A DNA stretch of 64,000 nt from Nitrosopumilaceae archaeon (lineage in GTDB: Archaea; Thermoproteota; Nitrososphaeria; Nitrososphaerales; Nitrosopumilaceae): assembly GCA_011523285.1 (NCBI GenBank), contig WTHC01000025.1, positions 11,848 to 75,847 on the forward strand, in the 5' to 3' direction. The first letter of the stretch is position 1, and every line of letters begins with the position of its first letter. Both the position numbers and the translations under genes were made by a program. Of the stretch, positions 63,309 to 64,000 are shown in pieces. The notes under the pieces are model-generated. The model ran no database searches and was not told where the DNA came from. It saw only the letters and a list, made by a program, of their open reading frames with translations.

Positions 63309-64000
63309 ATGCATGTAGGTCTTTTTGGCAAAACTAATGTTGGAAAATCGACATTTTTTGAAGCTGCAACACAAGCACAAGTTAAAATAGGTAATTTTCC
63401 ATTTACTACAATTGTTCCAAATACTGGTATTGCTTATGTTACTTCTGATTGTCCTTGTAAACATTTTAAAATATTTCATCAACATCAATTTTGTCGTAAT
63501 GGAATGAGATTAATACCAATAAAACTTATCGATGTTGCAGGATTAGTACCTGGAGCTAGTGTTGGCAAAGGATTAGGCAATAAGTTTTTAGATGATTCTA
63601 GAAAAGCACAAATTTTAATCCACGTTGTTGATATATCTGGTTCCACAGATTCTCATGGACATCAGCAACAAGTTGGATCAAACGATCCTTTGAATGATAT
63701 TAAATTTATTGAAAATGAATTTGAAATATGGTTCAAACAAATATTAAAACGTGAATGGAAAAACTTGTTAAATTCTAAAGATAAAACTATGCATTTGTTT
63801 AACTCAATATCAAATCGTTTTAGCGGTTTATCTATTTCTAGATCTGATATTCATTTTGTATTAAATAAATTAAAGTTGTTAACTAGAGATCCTCGTAAAT
63901 GGCTTGATGATGATATTGATTTATTTTTAAATGAATTACGTAAAAAAAGTAAACCTATAATGATAGCTGCTAATAAAGTAGATTTATGTAAAGATCTACA
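63309..64000 (+). CDS. Obg/YchF/DRG-like P-loop GTPase, N-terminal part; the 3' end lies outside the window
   Basis: My own translation from ATG 63309 gives MHVGLFGKTNVGKSTFFEAAT (G1), FPFTT (G2), DVAGLVPGAS.GKGLGNKFL (G3) and ANKVD (G4). The frame is open to the window end. It is absent from the ORF track because no stop is reached. Confidence 0.8.
   Translation, partial: MHVGLFGKTNVGKSTFFEAATQAQVKIGNFPFTTIVPNTGIAYVTSDCPCKHFKIFHQHQFCRNGMRLIPIKLIDVAGLVPGASVGKGLGNKFLDDSRKAQILIHVVDISGSTDSHGHQQQVGSNDPLNDIKFIENEFEIWFKQILKREWKNLLNSKDKTMHLFNSISNRFSGLSISRSDIHFVLNKLKLLTRDPRKWLDDDIDLFLNELRKKSKPIMIAANKVDLCKDL

Noticed and set aside
63288-63488. 66-aa minus-strand ORF
   Set aside because: It is antisense to the N-terminus of the GTPase, whose G1-G4 motifs read cleanly on the plus strand.
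1-64000. CRISPR arrays, transposases, integrases, prophage or defence islands, and rRNA/SRP/RNase P RNA genes
   Set aside because: I found no regularly spaced direct repeats and no recombinase-like ORFs. The only GC-rich structured islands are the three tRNAs. All intergenic gaps are under 200 nt.

Overview
This clearly AT-rich, very gene-dense window holds about 70 protein-coding genes and 3 tRNA genes. I found no rRNA, CRISPR array, transposase or integrase. The gene content is archaeal: TFE, thermosome, eS19/eS27/eL42 ribosomal proteins, Csl4, Dph2, TiaS, Trm56, ArcTGT and Rpp21. A Rieske/cytochrome b/membrane-anchored cupredoxin cluster sits next to a giant acidic surface protein. Together with a B12-dependent RNR and late cobalamin genes, this points to an ammonia-oxidising thaumarchaeon (Nitrosopumilales-like). 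Blocks from left to right: nrdJ 3' part; tRNA-Gly/Rpp21/eS19; an MDR reductase + CitE-like pair; a riboflavin operon (4883-9221); tfe/trm56/phoU-like; NAC; UbiD; heme O synthase; asd. Then cobalamin late genes (17011-21219); eS27/eL42; adenine deaminase; thermosome; guaA/mptE/folP/guaB; pheA/csl4/dph2; tiaS and an intron-containing initiator tRNA. Then a PQQ-type dehydrogenase; class II HMG-CoA reductase; a his operon (37370-44675); a ThrC-type enzyme + Ubl-E1 fusion; PGI/PMI. Then a 1692-aa putative S-layer protein plus a membrane-anchored coiled-coil partner; complex III-like genes; tRNA-Arg; ogg; a beta-CASP nuclease; ferredoxin; tgtA; a Fap7-like kinase; and a partial GTPase. Most of this is ordinary core genome. 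The observations most worth following up are listed here. (1) A MoaD-like ubiquitin-fold domain with an internal diglycine is fused in frame to its E1-like activator, directly downstream of a ThrC-type PLP enzyme; this is a candidate protein-thiocarboxylate sulfur-transfer system. (2) A SlaB-like anchor candidate lies behind the S-layer gene. (3) A COG0402-type deaminase is embedded in the riboflavin operon, where the archaeal pathway lacks an assigned deaminase. (4) A HAD phosphatase sits in the his operon. (5) An initiator tRNA carries about 30 nt of intervening sequence and overlaps the tiaS stop codon. (6) CobQ lacks its glutaminase domain. All functional calls rest on motif recognition by eye; no database search was possible.
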